64,000 bases of DNA from Eledone cirrhosa (taxonomy: Eukaryota). The stretch is taken from positions 22,692,001 to 22,756,000 of the forward strand of contig OZ024754.1 in NCBI GenBank assembly GCA_964016885.1. The letters are read 5' to 3'. The notes under the pieces were generated by a model. That model was given only the letters and a program-made list of their open reading frames with translations. It searched no databases and was not told where the DNA came from. How positions within the stretch are numbered: position 1 is the stretch's first letter; each line of letters opens with the position of its first letter. The translations under genes were made by a program, and so were the position numbers. Shown one piece after another: positions 1 to 14,589 of the stretch.

Positions 1-793
1 TTATATATATACATATATATAGATATATCACCCCCGTCTCTCTAACTCACTCCCTACTCGCACCAATTATAAATAAACCTGTTACGAGGGACAATCTCAG
101 AATTTGTCAACTCTTATTAATGGTCACTCCACTTCTACGAAATGTAATGTAAAAATAACATTTTCTTCTTGTCTCCCCACCCTTCGGTTCATTCATCCAT
201 ATATCTATAATCGCACAGAATCCAAATCCTAGTTCTTAATTGCTATTCTATAATTCTGTCTGACTGTTCTAAATAATCTTCTCCACGCTTGTTCTAATAA
301 TCTTCTCGCTACCATTTTAGCCTAAAATTTTTCCAGGATTCATAAAAATGGCTTCTCTCGGCCCTCTAAATCGCTATCACCCCCACTCTCTCTATCATAT
401 GCGTCCCTCTCTCTCTCCCTCTCTCTCTCACTCTCACTCCCTACTCGTACCAAATATAAATAAACCTGTTACCAGCGACAAATCTCAGAATTTGTCAACT
501 CTTATTAATGGACAGTCCACTTCTACGAAATGTAATGTAAAAATAACATTTTCTTCTTGTCTCCCCACCCTTCGGTTCATTCATCCATATATCTATAATC
601 TCCCAGAATCCAAATCCTACCTCTTAATTGCTATTCTATAATTCTGTCTGACGTTCTAAATAATCTTCTCCACGCTGGTTCTAAATAATTTTCTCGCTAC
701 CATTTTGGCCGAAAACTTTTCAAGGATTCATAAAAATGGCTTCTCTCGGCCCGCTAAATCGCTATCACACCCACTCTCTCTATCACATACGTC

Positions 794-888
<95 letters not shown>

Positions 889-1254
889 ATACTCGCACCA
901 CATATAAATAAACCTGTTACGAGGGAAAAATCTCAGAATTTGTCAACCCTTATTAATGGTCACTCCACTTCTACGAAATGTAATGTAAAAATAACATTTT
1001 CTTCTTGTCTCCCCACTCTTCGGTTCATTCATCCATATATCTATAATCGCCCAGAATCTAAATCCTACTTCTTAATTGCTATTCTATAATTCTGTCTGAC
1101 TGTTCTAAATAATCTTCTCCACGCTTGTTCTAAATAATCTTCTCGCTTCCATTTTGACCGAAAATTTTTCCAGGATTCATAGAAATGGCTTCTCACGGCC
1201 CTGCAAATCGCGAGCACCCCCACTTTCTCTATCATATACGCCTCTCTCTCTCTG

Positions 1255-1287
<33 letters not shown>

Positions 1288-1853
1288 GAGATTTGTCCCT
1301 CGTAACAGGTTTATTTTTATTTGGTGCGAGTAGGCAGTGAGAGAGAGAGAGAGAGGGGGAGGGACGTATATGATAGAGATAGTGGGGGGTGATAGCGATT
1401 TAGAGGGCCGAGAGAAGCCAATTTTATGAATCCTGGAAAAATTTTCGGCCAAAAATGGTAGCGAGAAGATTATTTAGAACAAGCGTGGAGAAGATTATTT
1501 AGAACAGTCAGACAGAATTATAGAATAGCAATTAAGAAGTAGGATTTGGATTCTGGGCGATTATAGATATATGGATGAATGAACCGAAGGGTGGGGAGAC
1601 AAGAAGAAAATGTTATTTTTACATTACATTTCGTAGAAGTTGACCATTAATAAGAGTTGACAAATTCTGAAATTGTCCCTCGTAACAGGTTCATTTATAT
1701 TTGGTGCTAGTAGGGAGTGAGAGAGCGAGAGAGAGAGAGGGGGATGTATATGATAGAGAGAGTGGGGCTGATAGCGATTTCAGGGCCGAGAGAGGCCATT
1801 TTAATGAACCCTGGAAAAGATTATTTAGAACAGTCAGACTGAATTATAGAATA

Positions 1854-1948
<95 letters not shown>

Positions 1949-2311
1949 CACTCGCACCAAATATAAATAAACCTGTTACGAGGGACAAATCTCAGAATTT
2001 GTCAACTCTTATTAATGGTCAGTCAACTTCTACGAAATGTAATGTAAAAATAACATTTTCTTCTTGTCTCCCCACCCTTCGGTTCATTCATCCATATATC
2101 TATAATCGCCCAGAATCCAAATCCTACTTCTTAATTGCTATTCTATAATTCTGTCTGACTGTTCTAAATAATCTTCTGCACGCTTGTTCTAAATAATCTT
2201 CTCGCTACCATTTTGGCCGAAAATTTTTCCAGGACTCATCAACATGGATTCTCTCGGCCCTCTAAATCTCTATCGCCCCGACTCTCTCTACCATATGCCC
2301 CCCCCCCTCGC

Positions 2312-2394
<83 letters not shown>

Positions 2395-2757
2395 CCCTAC
2401 TCGCACCAAATATAAATAAAACTGTGACGAGGAACAAATTTTAGCATTTGTCAACTCTTATTAATGGTCCACTTCTTCTACGAAATGTAATGTAAAAATA
2501 ACATTTTCTTCTTGTCTCCCCACCCTTCGGTTCATTCATCCATATATCTATAATCGCCCAGAATCTAAATCCTACTTCTTAATTGCTATTCTATAATTCT
2601 GTCTGACTGTTCTAAATAATCTTCTGCACGCTTGTTCTAAATAATCTTCTCGCTTCCATTTTGACCGAAAATTTTTCCAGGATTCATCAAAATGGCTTCT
2701 CTCGGCCCTCTAAATCGCTATCACCCCCACTCTCTCTATCATATACGTCGTCCCCCC

Positions 2758-2843
<86 letters not shown>

Positions 2844-3500
2844 TCTCCCTCTCTCACTCCCTACTCGCACCAAATATAAATAAACCTGTTACGAGGGGCA
2901 AATCTCAGAATTTGTCAACTCTTATTAATGGTCACTCCACTTCTACGAAATGTAATGTAAAAATAACATTTTCTTCTTGTCTCCCCACTCTTCGGTTCAT
3001 TCATCCATATATCTATAATCGCCCAGAATCCAAATCCTACTTCTTATTTACTATTCTATAATTCTGTCTGACTGTTCTAAATAATCTTCTCCACGCTTGA
3101 TCTAAATAATCTTCTCGCTACCATTTGGCCTAAAATTATTCCAGGATTCATAAAAATGGCTTCTCTCGGCCCTCTAAATCGCTCTCACCCCCACTCTCTC
3201 TATCATATACGCCCCCCCCCCCCCTCTCTCTCTCTCTCACTCCCTACTCGCACCAAATATAAATAAACCTGTTACGAGGGACAAATCTCAGAATTTGTCA
3301 ACTCTTATTAATGGTCACTCCACTTCTACGAAATGTAATGTAAAAATAACATTTTCTTCTTGTCTCCCCACCCTCCGGTTCATTCATCCATATATCTATA
3401 ATCGCCCATAATCCAAATCCTACTTCTTAATTGCTATTCTATAATTCTGTCTGACTGTTCTAAATAATTTTCTTCTCGCTTGTTCTAAATAATCTACTCC
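1..3500. repeat. Tandem array of ~400-500 bp units each containing a variable (CT)n tract; one unit inverted (~1287-1855)
   Basis: Unit 'ctcactccctactcgcaccaaatataaataaacctgttacgaggg...' recurs near 45, 430, 880, 1940, 2390, 2850 and 3235; a reverse-complement copy lies at ~1287-1855. Confidence 0.9.
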
Positions 3501-3559
3501 TCGCTAACTACCCCATACCCCTCCCTCTCGCCCCCACTCTCCACCTTTATTATTTGGAC

Positions 3560-6500
3560 CAATCACAAGTCAACGGCCTATGCTATCACTTCTGGTTGCT
3601 TTTCGATATGATGGATGGACTCAAGAATTTCTGGAGAGTCTGAAGAATCTGGACACTCGAAGACAATGCCAAAGATAACGACAAATTCACCTTAAGCTGC
3701 CGGACGAAAGGGCAAGGCCCCTCCTCTTTGTTGCGGCCGCGGATGGCCAACATAACCCAAACCCCATCCCCCTTACCCCTCCCTGCGCCCCACCCACCAA
3801 ACGCAATCCAAAACTTCAGAGTTGGTACCATGAATGTAGGCACCTTAAAAGGCCGCTCTAACGAGGTTTGTAGAAATGCTTCAACGTAAGGAGGTTGATG
3901 TTTGCTGTATCCAATAGACCAGGTGGAGAGGCAGGTCTGCTAGATTCATTGTGAGTAAAAAACGATGCTATAAGCTTTTCTGGGTGGGAAATGACAATGG
4001 GCTGGGTGGGGTAGGAATCATGTTAGCAGAAAAATGGGTGGATAAGATAATAGACGTAAATAGAGTGAATGACAGAATAATTAAAATAAGACTTGTTCTA
4101 AATAGAACTACTGTGACAGTAATATCTGCGTACGCGCCCCAATCCGGACTGCCTGGCGCTATAAAAGACAGATTCTATGAGACACTGATGCTCACTACCT
4201 CCCAAATAACTGACAGTGACTATATAATTATTGCTGGCGACCTAAATGGTCACGTTGGACAACATTGTGACGGCTATGACGGAATCCACGGAGGCTATGG
4301 GTTTGGTACTAGAAATGAGGAAAGCTCCAGAATCCTGGAATTCTGTGACGCAAATAACCTAACTATCTGTAACACTAACTTCAAAAAACGAGACAATCAC
4401 TTGATCACCTACAGATCAGGGGAACATACCAGCCAGGTAGATTATATCCTTACCAGAAGACGTGACAGAGTGTCTGTTTTAAACACTAAATCCCTCCCCC
4501 ATGAAGAATGCACCTCCCAACATAGACTGATAATTAGCGACCTCATAGTCAGTACGAGACGTACTCGACAGCAGAAGAGGACTATCCTCAGGAGAAAAAT
4601 ATGGAAGCTAAAGGACCCCACAGCCAGAAATAAATTTAAAAGCATATTACTTGATGCTTTCGACAGTAAGGAAGAGCATTTAGAGTCGTACAATATAGAG
4701 GAACAGTGGGAATTCCTGAAAGCAAACCTGCTGTTGACGGCAGACGAAGTCTGTGGCTGGACAAGCCTATAGGCAGGAGGAGAGTAACATGGAGTAAGGT
4801 GGAGGAGTCAATTAAGGCCAAAAAGCAGGCTTGGAAAGTATGGCGGGATGGGGGCAAGTAGAGAAGACTATCATATGGCCAGGAAGGAAGCTAGGAGACA
4901 AGTGTACTTCGCAAGAAGGGAAGCAGAGGAAAGAAAGTTCAACGCGAGGACCAAAATCGTGAGGTGTTCATGATTGCTAGGCAATGTGTCAAAGGAAAAC
5001 CGTGATATTGTCGGGGAGAAGTGTGTCCTTAATGATGATGGTGTACTTGCCATCACTGACGCTGATAAGAAGGTAGCTTGGAAGTGTCACTACGAAAGGC
5101 TACTAAATGAAGAGAATAAATGGGAGAAAGACAGACTCCCCAACATCGACCCAATAGAGGGACCAGCAGTGTTAGTCGAAGGTAGTATAATAAGTAAGGC
5201 AATCAAAGACATGAAGACGGGTAAAGCGGCTGGGCCTTCGGAAATAGTTGCTGAAATACTGAAAGCTTCTGGAACTGTGGGACACACCATGGTCACCCGG
5301 ATATTAAACCAAGTGATACAGAATGGGGTTGTTCCGAAGGACTGGAGTAGCAGCATCATCATTAACTGCTACAAGGGTAAAGGAGATGCCCTAGATAAGA
5401 GTAACTATAGAGGCATTAAATTAATCGACCAGGTCATGAAGGTCACAGAATAAGTAATAGCGCAACTAATCAGAGAGAGAATTGATCTAGATGAAATGCA
5501 GTTCGGGTTTGTGTTAGGTAAAAGTACCACAGACGCTCTTTTCATTGTACGACAACTACAGGAGAAATACCTAGCTAAAAGTAAACCCCTATACTTAGCT
5601 TTTGTTGACTTGGAGAAAGCCTTTGACAGAGTCCCCCGCTCCATTATCTGGTGGGCTCTTAGAAAACTAGATATTGATGAATGGCTTGTGAGAGCTATAC
5701 AAGCCATGTATAAAGAAACAGTCAGCAAGGTTAGAATTAACAACGAATATAGTGAAGAGTTTAGCGTAAAAGTTGGTGTTCATCAGGGCTCCGTTCTTAG
5801 CCCCCTACTATTTATTATTGCCATTCAGGCTATAACAGTGGAGTTCAAGACCGGCTGCCCATGGGAACTCCTATACGCAGATGATCTAACGCTCATAGCT
5901 GAATCAATGGCCGAACTAGAGAAGAAATTCCAAACATGGAAGCATGGCCTAGAATCAAAAGGCCTTAAAATTAACCTGTCTAAGACTAAAGTTCTAGTTT
6001 GTAGGAAGGAAATTAGGGCGCCGGGCCCATCCGGGAAATGGCCATGCTCAGTGTGTAGGAAAGGAGTAGGTAGAAACTCCATTTTATGTCCCAAATGCAA
6101 AGTATGGGTGCATAAAAGATGTAGTGGAATCACAGGTAAGCTAACTAAGAACATAGATTTTATATGTGGCCGGTGCTCTGGTGCAATAAGTAGCAGAAAG
6201 TGCCCACAGAATACTAACTCATTCCATTGCACAGATGGTTCTATAGAAATAGTGGACAGATTCCGTTACCTGGGTGACAAAATCAACAGTGGGGGAGGGT
6301 GCTCTGAAAGTACAGTAGCTAGAGTCAGAACTGGATGGAAAAAGTTCAGAGAGCTTATACCACTATTAGCCGCTAAAGGGTTCTCCTTAAAAATGAAAGG
6401 CAGGCTGTATGATGCCTGCATACGAACATCAATGTTGCATGGCAGTGAGACCTGGGCATTGTGTGCAGAGGATATACGCAGACTGGAGAGGAACGAAGCT

Positions 6501-7195
6501 TGCATGCTCCGCTGGATGTGTAATAGTAATATACGTGAACGGCAAAGCATAAACGAACTAAGGGAAAATTAGAAATAAGAGGGATCAGATGTTGTTTACT
6601 CGAGAGAAGACTACGTTAATATGGTCACGTGATGCGCATGAAAGACGACAGCTGTATAAAAAAGTGCAGGGCAATAAAAATAGACGGTAGCCAGAAAAAC
6701 CTGGGAGGACTTGATAAATTCCGAACTCACACACTTACACCTCTCCAAGACAATGTCACTGGACCGAGATCTTTGGCGATACACAGTAACAGAGAAGACC
6801 CGCCTTACTTAAGTACAAGGTGAAACCTACTACATTCAGTAGGCACCTCTAACAAAATACACCCCCGTCCCACTACCCTCACCCCACCCATACCACCCCT
6901 TTCAATGTAAAGTTATGTTGGTACCACAACATCCAGCCCGAAACAAATGAGGTCGTGTAGGTGTCACGACAAAAAAACACAGTCCACGCTGTAATGTGGC
7001 CATGGAGGTAACCCGGTAAAAACCTCCCAGTTCCACACTGTAAATGTGGTTGATGTTAGGAAGGGCATCCAGCCGTAGAAAACCCGCCAGACAGTCCTAT
7101 GCGAGCAAGACAACGACTCTTGCCTCAAGTGGGAAAACTCCCGTCCAAACCCATGCAAGCGTGGAAGATGGACGTTAAACGATGATGATGATGAT
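3560..7195 (+). mobile_element. RTE-like LINE (APE endonuclease + RT + PHD-like finger), degenerate, (GAT)n tail
   Basis: ORF fragments: VISAYAPQ, GDLNGHVG, SQHRL (APE); FVDLEKAFDRV, GVHQGSVLSP, LYADD (RT). Ends ggacgttaaac-gatgatgatgatgat. In-frame stops and frameshifts present. Confidence 0.92.
3951..6572 (+). pseudogene. Disrupted APE-RT ORF of the RTE-like LINE
   Basis: Consecutive ORFs 3951-4772, 4974-5453 and 5496-6572 give endonuclease, linker and RT in order. Confidence 0.9.
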
Positions 7196-7199
7196 ATAT

Positions 7200-7261
<62 letters not shown>

Positions 7262-7266
<5 letters not shown>

Positions 7267-7836
7267 TAAACGGAATAGAAAATGCTGACAAATTGTTCAC
7301 AGTTGAAAAATGGTTTAATTAGGAATAAAAGAGTATTAGTAATTGTATGGGTTAGTATTCAGTTGTGGTTTTAAGTTTTTAAGTTTTCACCGGTTGCGCA
7401 TTTCTAAATGCTTTTCAAAAATAATTTTGAGATAGAGTGTCCGTGTTGTTTGCTCTGATCTGATTAGTTTTGGGAATTCTACCTGTTTTTATGTTAAAAA
7501 AGTGGCTCCAGCGCTACTTTGGTGTTGCAAAAATTCTTGTGGTCAAAACAATTTTGATTGGTCGGTAGAGGTTATGTGAATGTAAAACATTGATTTTGCG
7601 CCAAGACTGTTTTTATGTTAAAATAGTGGCTCCAGCGCTACTTGGTGTTTGCAAAAATTCTTGTGGTCAAAACAATTTTGATTGGTCGGTAGAGGTCATG
7701 TGAATAAGAAAATTGGTTTTGCGCCAAGATTGAGAAATGACTCTTTCACAACAAATATGTGTGTGTGTAGTAGTAGTAAGGTGTTCGATGTTGTGATAAT
7801 GGTTAGCAGGGATGTGTGTCAAATGGCTATTAAGAT

Positions 7837-7911
<75 letters not shown>

Positions 7912-8275
7912 GCAGAGTAATTCGTGGTAGCAGGGATGGTCAGTAAGAATGTGTCTGTAAGCAATGGGGTGTATTTTAGCATGTCAAAAGATATTTTTCA
8001 GCTTTTGTCTTATACGGAGAAGTGCGTGTGTATAAGTCTCTTTGTATGTTAATGTACGCGTGTGTATGTGTGTGTGTGTATATATGTGAGTGTGTGTGTG
8101 TGTGTGTGAGAATGTGTGTGTGTGTGTGTGGGTGGTCCAGTATTTTTTTCCCCCTGGTAAAATGGTGTACATTATTCGATTTTTTCAGTAAAATCGGTTC
8201 TCTTAATAGAACATCAAAAATCTTAACAATAAAAGGTGTGAAATGATATTCACTATATATACACATACATATATC

Positions 8276-8318
<43 letters not shown>

Positions 8319-8853
8319 TTTTTTTGTGTTGCACCATAGAGCATGTGTGTTTACGTATGTCATTGTGTTTATATGTGGGTAGAGATGTGTGCTGATGTAG
8401 GTATGTATGTTGACGTGTGTATGTTGTGGGTTCGTCTTAGGGAGAAGTGTTTAGACGGGGTCCGTATTTGTTAATGAAGTAAGATTCCTTGCTGATGCGC
8501 TGGGTGTGGGTGGCATTATCTTTAAATTTGTAGAGGGGAAAGATTCTGAAGTTGGGATGATTTTGGGCGGCACAGGTATCAATGTGTTCACTCAGTGGTA
8601 TTTTCCTGTATTCCCGTATTTTAATTTGGGATCTAATACTGGTCCACCCACACACACACACACACATTCTCTCACACACACACACACATACACACGCGTA
8701 CATTAACATACAAAGAGACTTATACACACACACACACACGCACTTCTCCGTATAAGACAAAAGCTGAAAAATATCTTTTGACATGCTAAAATACCCCCCA
8801 TTGCTTACAGACACATTCTTACTGACAATCCCTGCTACCACGAATTACTCTGC

Positions 8854-8936
<83 letters not shown>

Positions 8937-9510
8937 ATCTTAATAGCCATTTGACACACACCCCTGCTAACCATTATCACAACATCGAACACCTTACTAC
9001 TACTACACACACACACATATTTGTTGTGAAAGAGTCATTTCTCAATCTTGGCGCAAAACCAATTTTTTATTCACATGACCTCTACCGACCAATCAAAATT
9101 GTTTTGACCACAAGAATTTTTGCAAACACCAAGTAGCGCTGGAGCCACTGTTTTAACATAAAAACAGTCTTGGCGCAAAATCAATTTTTTACATTCACAT
9201 GACCTCTACCGACCAATCAAAATTGTTTTGACCACAAGAATTTTTGCAACACCAAAGTAGCGCTGGAGCCACTTTTTTAACATAAAAACAGGTAGAATTC
9301 CCAAAACTAATCAGATCAGAGCAAACAACACGGACACTCTATCTCAAAATTATTTTTGAAAAGCATTTAGAAATGCGCAACCGGTAAAAACTTAAAAACT
9401 TAAACCACAACTGAATACTAACTCATACAATTACTAATACTCTTTATTCCTAATTATACCATTTTTCAACTGTGAACAATTTGTCAGCATTTTCTATTCC
9501 GTTTACCAAT
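7262..9510 (-). mobile_element. 5'-truncated Penelope-like element (GIY-YIG C-terminal remnant) capped by an inverted copy of its ~880 bp terminus
   Basis: 7262-8150 is the reverse complement of 8637-9510. The spacer encodes ...PLSEHIDTC...FPLYK...RISKESYFINKYGPRLN on the minus strand (8437-8640), resembling a PLE GIY-YIG end. Confidence 0.75.
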
Positions 9511-9599
9511 ATATCATAACTTGTGTGTTACACCTCTATTCTTTTAACTATACATATATATATATATATACATATATATATTTATACATATATATATTT

Positions 9600-9654
<55 letters not shown>

Positions 9655-9669
9655 TATATATATATACAT

Positions 9670-9716
<47 letters not shown>

Positions 9717-9735
9717 CATATATATATATATACAC

Positions 9736-9790
<55 letters not shown>

Positions 9791-10251
9791 CATATATACA
9801 CATATATGTACATTATGGATACATTTTTATAAGTATGTCGAGATTGACACTTTCCTTTAATTACTATATTCCCTTACACATATATATACATATATATATA
9901 CATATATATATATATACATAAATATATACATATATATATACATATGTAGATAAATCTACCAAAAGTTTACGGTAGTGTCCAATCTGTATGAAGAACTCAA
10001 TGTAATCCGGATATAATGAAAAGAAGAGATGCATTCAAAAATCACTTTCGGTGAAAGATAAACGGAATACAGAGTCAAGTATAATATAAAAAAAAAATTT
10101 TTATTTCTAATTTTATGGATACATTTTTATAAGTATGTCGAGATTGACACTTTCCTTTAATTACTATATTCCCTTACCTCTTTTACTTCCGCATCTAAAT
10201 GTAAGTGTGTGTGGGTGTGTTTATGTGAGCGCCTCAATATCCATATATTTA

Positions 10252-10373
10252 TAATAATTGTTTCTACTTTTAGGCACAAGGCCAGCAATTACCCAGTGCA
10301 TTACTGGTACTTTATTCTATCGACCCCGTAAGGATGAAAGGCAAAGTCAACCTCGGCGGGATTTGAACTCAGA
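10252..10373 (-). mobile_element. tRNA-derived SINE, 3' part
   Basis: Reverse complement reads gagttcaaatcccgccgaggttgactttgcctttcatccttacggggtcgatag...; same family as 35621-35830. Confidence 0.85.
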
Positions 10374-10391
10374 TAATAATATATATATATA

Positions 10392-10438
<47 letters not shown>

Positions 10439-10717
10439 ATATGTGTGTATATGTATATTCTGTCTGTAGATTATAGACATACAGATATATTAGCCCTAAA
10501 TTTTTATATTTACATACACTTTTTCAACATACGTATACATATGAGCATACACTTTTATGCACATCTGTGAACGTATTTACATACATATATACACACACCT
10601 AACAGTATTTCTTGATAAATTTTTATGTATCTCAATCCTTATTTCATTGGTCTATTTAAAATCTGTTCCCAAACAGACCTGTTATTTTGAATTGTTGTTA
10701 TTATCAATAAACTAGCA

Positions 10718-10858
10718 TCATTATTTCTGAAGACAGCATATATATGTGAAGGTATGTATATTCTCTCTGATAGTTTGTATAATTCTGTACATAGATCTTT
10801 TGAATATGCATACCAATTCTAACACATATATGTCCTAGAAACGATCGTAAAATAATGA
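10718..10858 (+). ncRNA. Type I hammerhead ribozyme with long stem II insertion
   Basis: Stem I tcattattt/aaataatga; core CTGAAGA (10727); GAAA (10838); stem III palindrome ACGATCGT; GUA site. Confidence 0.7.
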
Positions 10859-11006
10859 ACTTTTTTTGTTTAATATAAGGAACTGTTTCTTTGTTTATTC
10901 ATTATTTTTTTTAATAATTTATATATACATATATATATACATATATATATACATATATATATATATACATATATATATAGATATACATATATATATACAT
11001 ATATAC

Positions 11007-11039
<33 letters not shown>

Positions 11040-11064
11040 CATATATATACTTATATATATACGT

Positions 11065-11095
<31 letters not shown>

Positions 11096-11201
11096 CATAT
11101 ATATATACAATATATATATACATATATAAACATATATATATATAAACATATATATATATACATATATATATAAACATATATATATATACATATATATATA
11201 C

Positions 11202-11282
<81 letters not shown>

Positions 11283-11305
11283 TATATACACACATATATA
11301 TATAC

Positions 11306-11416
<111 letters not shown>

Positions 11417-11530
11417 CATATATATATATATTACATTCACGTATTATATTACATTCATTATATTCACGTATTATATTTCGAATACCTGATGATATCACCG
11501 GATTCATTACATTCACGTATTATATTTCGA

Positions 11531-11588
11531 ATACCTGATGATATCACCGGATTCATACGGAACCCGGTCATTGAAATGATCATAGTAT
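11531..11588 (+). ncRNA. Type I hammerhead ribozyme
   Basis: atac-CTGATGA-t..accgg..ccggt..t-GAAA-tgatca-TA-gtat. Confidence 0.75.
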
Positions 11589-12954
11589 AATAAACCTTTC
11601 AAGGATTTACACAAATCCAGCCTCCTGTCATTTCATTATAATATTTAACTCCGTAATAGCACCACCAACTACAAAAACAAAGACGGTTGAACTGCTTTAC
11701 GTTGAGTACTCTCTATATTATTGCATTACGATTGACCATACGGAATAGACCAGCTCTATACAGTGGTGAACCTCAAACCTGAATAAATAACGCTCCTGAA
11801 ATGTTGAGCACTTCAAAATGTAATAATCAACAGCGGCATGGGACTGAATATATCTAACCACAATTCGAACTTTGGCTACCCGGTGCTTTCGCCTGGCCCT
11901 TTGCTACTCCCCTCACAGAATATCCGAACTTCGACGAAACTCCACGGACTGGACCATAACATGTATTGTACTGCACTGAATTAACTAAATGGCTACCCTA
12001 TACTTCTGGGCATGTATAACTCACACTGAACTCCCAGACTCGAACACGCACTGTTTCCACATCTATATGCATTATCTGACTGCAACTTGAACTATATTGT
12101 ATTTCTCCTGTGTCTTGAACTCTCCATCTAATAGACAACGACTCTTGTTTGTTTATTTATATCTTTACATCTTTATTTGCTGTATTAATGCTCCTCCACG
12201 TATTCTACCTCTATACATCCATGTACTTTCTACTTCCCTTATTCGGACTTGTACTCGCGTGTACCCTCAGCACACGTCACTGGAATATTTCCCCCTGGGA
12301 ACATAAATACCGCAACCCGAACTATATTGTATTTCTCCTGTCTCTTGAACTCTACATTTACTAGACAACGACTATTGTTTGTTTATCTGTATCTTCACAT
12401 CTTTGTTTGCTGTTTTAATGTTCTGATTTCTCCATCTTACTCCAACACCACTCTTGTTGGTTTATTTACATGTTTATACCTATATATTGATATGTTTATA
12501 TATTTATACCTCTGCTGTACCAATGTGCTCTTCCACGTATTCCACTTCTATGTATCCATGTATTTCTACCCCTCACATTGGGACCTGTACCCATTAGCTC
12601 TTCCACGTATTCCACTTCTATGTATCCATGTATTTCTACTCCTCACATTGGGACCTGTACCCATTAGCACACGACACTAGAATGTCTCCTCCTGAGAACA
12701 AAAATTAAACATTACACGACTATATCCCGTACTCTACATCCCACTAGGATAAATTACAGATCTACATAATACAATTAACGTTTCTTCATAAAAGACTATT
12801 TAATTAAACCCCGCAACCCAAAACCTCATAGAAGTTATTTGAATGTCTAATCTTCAATTTTCTGTTTGTTCAATTCTCAATCCTCTTACTCCTTAGTTTC
12901 ATAATGTTATTCTGAATTCTTTCAACTTCATCCGATAGAGTTAAGCAAAATTCT

Positions 12955-13960
12955 AAAGTTCCAACTTTCTGTCGGACCGTTGGGTGGGTTTTAGCGGCGG
13001 CGCGACCAGCTCCCTGGCGAACGGGCTCACCTGGAGTGCTTGGAAAAATAAATTCCCCTTCTTTCAGTAAATGAAAATACTCGGCGTGGCTTAATTAGCC
13101 ATGGGGCCTGGGGCGCGGCCGGTGTTTTAACCGCCAAATAGTACCTTTAAATTACAGAACAAATCGGAACTATTATATATATCAACCTGAAACTGTTGAG
13201 CTTTAAGTTTTCTAACCTCTTTAATATGGAATATTGATTATTAATTTATTAATTTTTTAACTTCATCCTATAAGTCTAAACATTGTAACACACTGACCCC
13301 CAATATATTCACCTCTGCTAAGATGCGAGTCCCTGTGAAAATTTTGTCGCGCCACTCCTGGCCCGACTGTGGTGTGACATTAATATCGACCTTCCTTCCT
13401 CTCTCTTTCTATCTTCCTTCTTGTAGCTATCAACCATTACTCTTTTACTTCTCTAAGCTAAATTTTAAAGTTCCAACTTTCTGTCGGACTGTTGGGTGGG
13501 TTTTAATGGCGGCGCGACCAGCTCCGTGGCGAGCGAGCTCACCTAGAGTGCTTGGAAAAATAAATTTCCCCTTCTTTCAGTAAATGAAAATACTCGGCGT
13601 GGCTTAATTCGCCATGGGGCCCGGGGCGCGGCCGTTGTTTTAACCGCCAAATAGTACCTTTAAATTACAGAACAAATCGGAACTATTATATAATTAATTG
13701 TTAAACTGTTGAACTTTAAATTTTCTAACCTCTTTAATATTGAATATTGATTATTAAATGTTTTTAACTTCATCCTAGAAGTCTAAACACTGTAAAACAC
13801 TGACTCCCAATATATCCATCTCCGCTAAGATGCGGGTCCCTGTGAAAATTTTCTCGCGCCACTCCTGGCTTGACTGTGGTCTGACATTAATATCGACCTT
13901 TCTTCCTCTTCCTTTCTATCTTCCTTCTTGTAGCCATCAACCCTTACTTTTCTACTTCTC
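12955..13960. repeat. Tandem duplication, ~510 bp period, GC-richer than its surroundings
   Basis: aaagttccaactttctgtcggac at ~12956 and ~13467; gctaagatgcg.gtccctgtgaaaattt at ~13317 and ~13824. Confidence 0.85.
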
Positions 13961-14332
13961 TCTTCCCTTCCTTCTCTCCTCTCCTCCTCCCTTCAGACTT
14001 ATCTTCCTTCCCCCTCTTGCTTGCCTATATCTGACCAGTAGTAGTTACCTTCCTCTTTTAGCTGACATTAACCTGACTTCTCTTCTTCTTTCTTCCCCCT
14101 TCTTCTCCTTCCTTCTTTCTTTCTTTTACCTTGTGTCATGGGATCGACGTTAACCTATGCTCCCATCTCTTTCTGTTTTCGTTCATCTGACCGGTAGTAG
14201 CATACTATAAAATTTAGCCACGTCACTCCAGGGCGACCGGCTGAGGTTGAAGGAACAGAATAGCGGTCGCCCTCGGGTCTCGATTTTCAGCCCCATGGAT
14301 TTTACCTATTACATTCACGTACTATATTTCGA

Positions 14333-14390
14333 ATACCTGATGATATCACCGGATTCATACGGAACCCGGTCATTGAAATGATCATAGTAT
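14333..14390 (+). ncRNA. Type I hammerhead ribozyme (second copy of 11531)
   Basis: Same core and stems as 11531-11588. Confidence 0.75.
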
Positions 14391-14442
14391 AATAAACCTT
14401 TCAAGGATTTACACAAATCCAGCCTCCTGTCATTTCATTATA

Positions 14443-14561
<119 letters not shown>

Positions 14562-14589
14562 CATATATATATATACATATATATATATA

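Noticed and set aside
348-2883. Repeated short SLSL/ERER ORFs
   Set aside because: Products of the tandem unit and (CT)n tracts; frames are not conserved between units
7262-9510. DNA transposon/MITE with long terminal inverted repeats
   Set aside because: No transposase or clear TSD; the spacer holds a GIY-YIG-like remnant, so a PLE inversion explains it better
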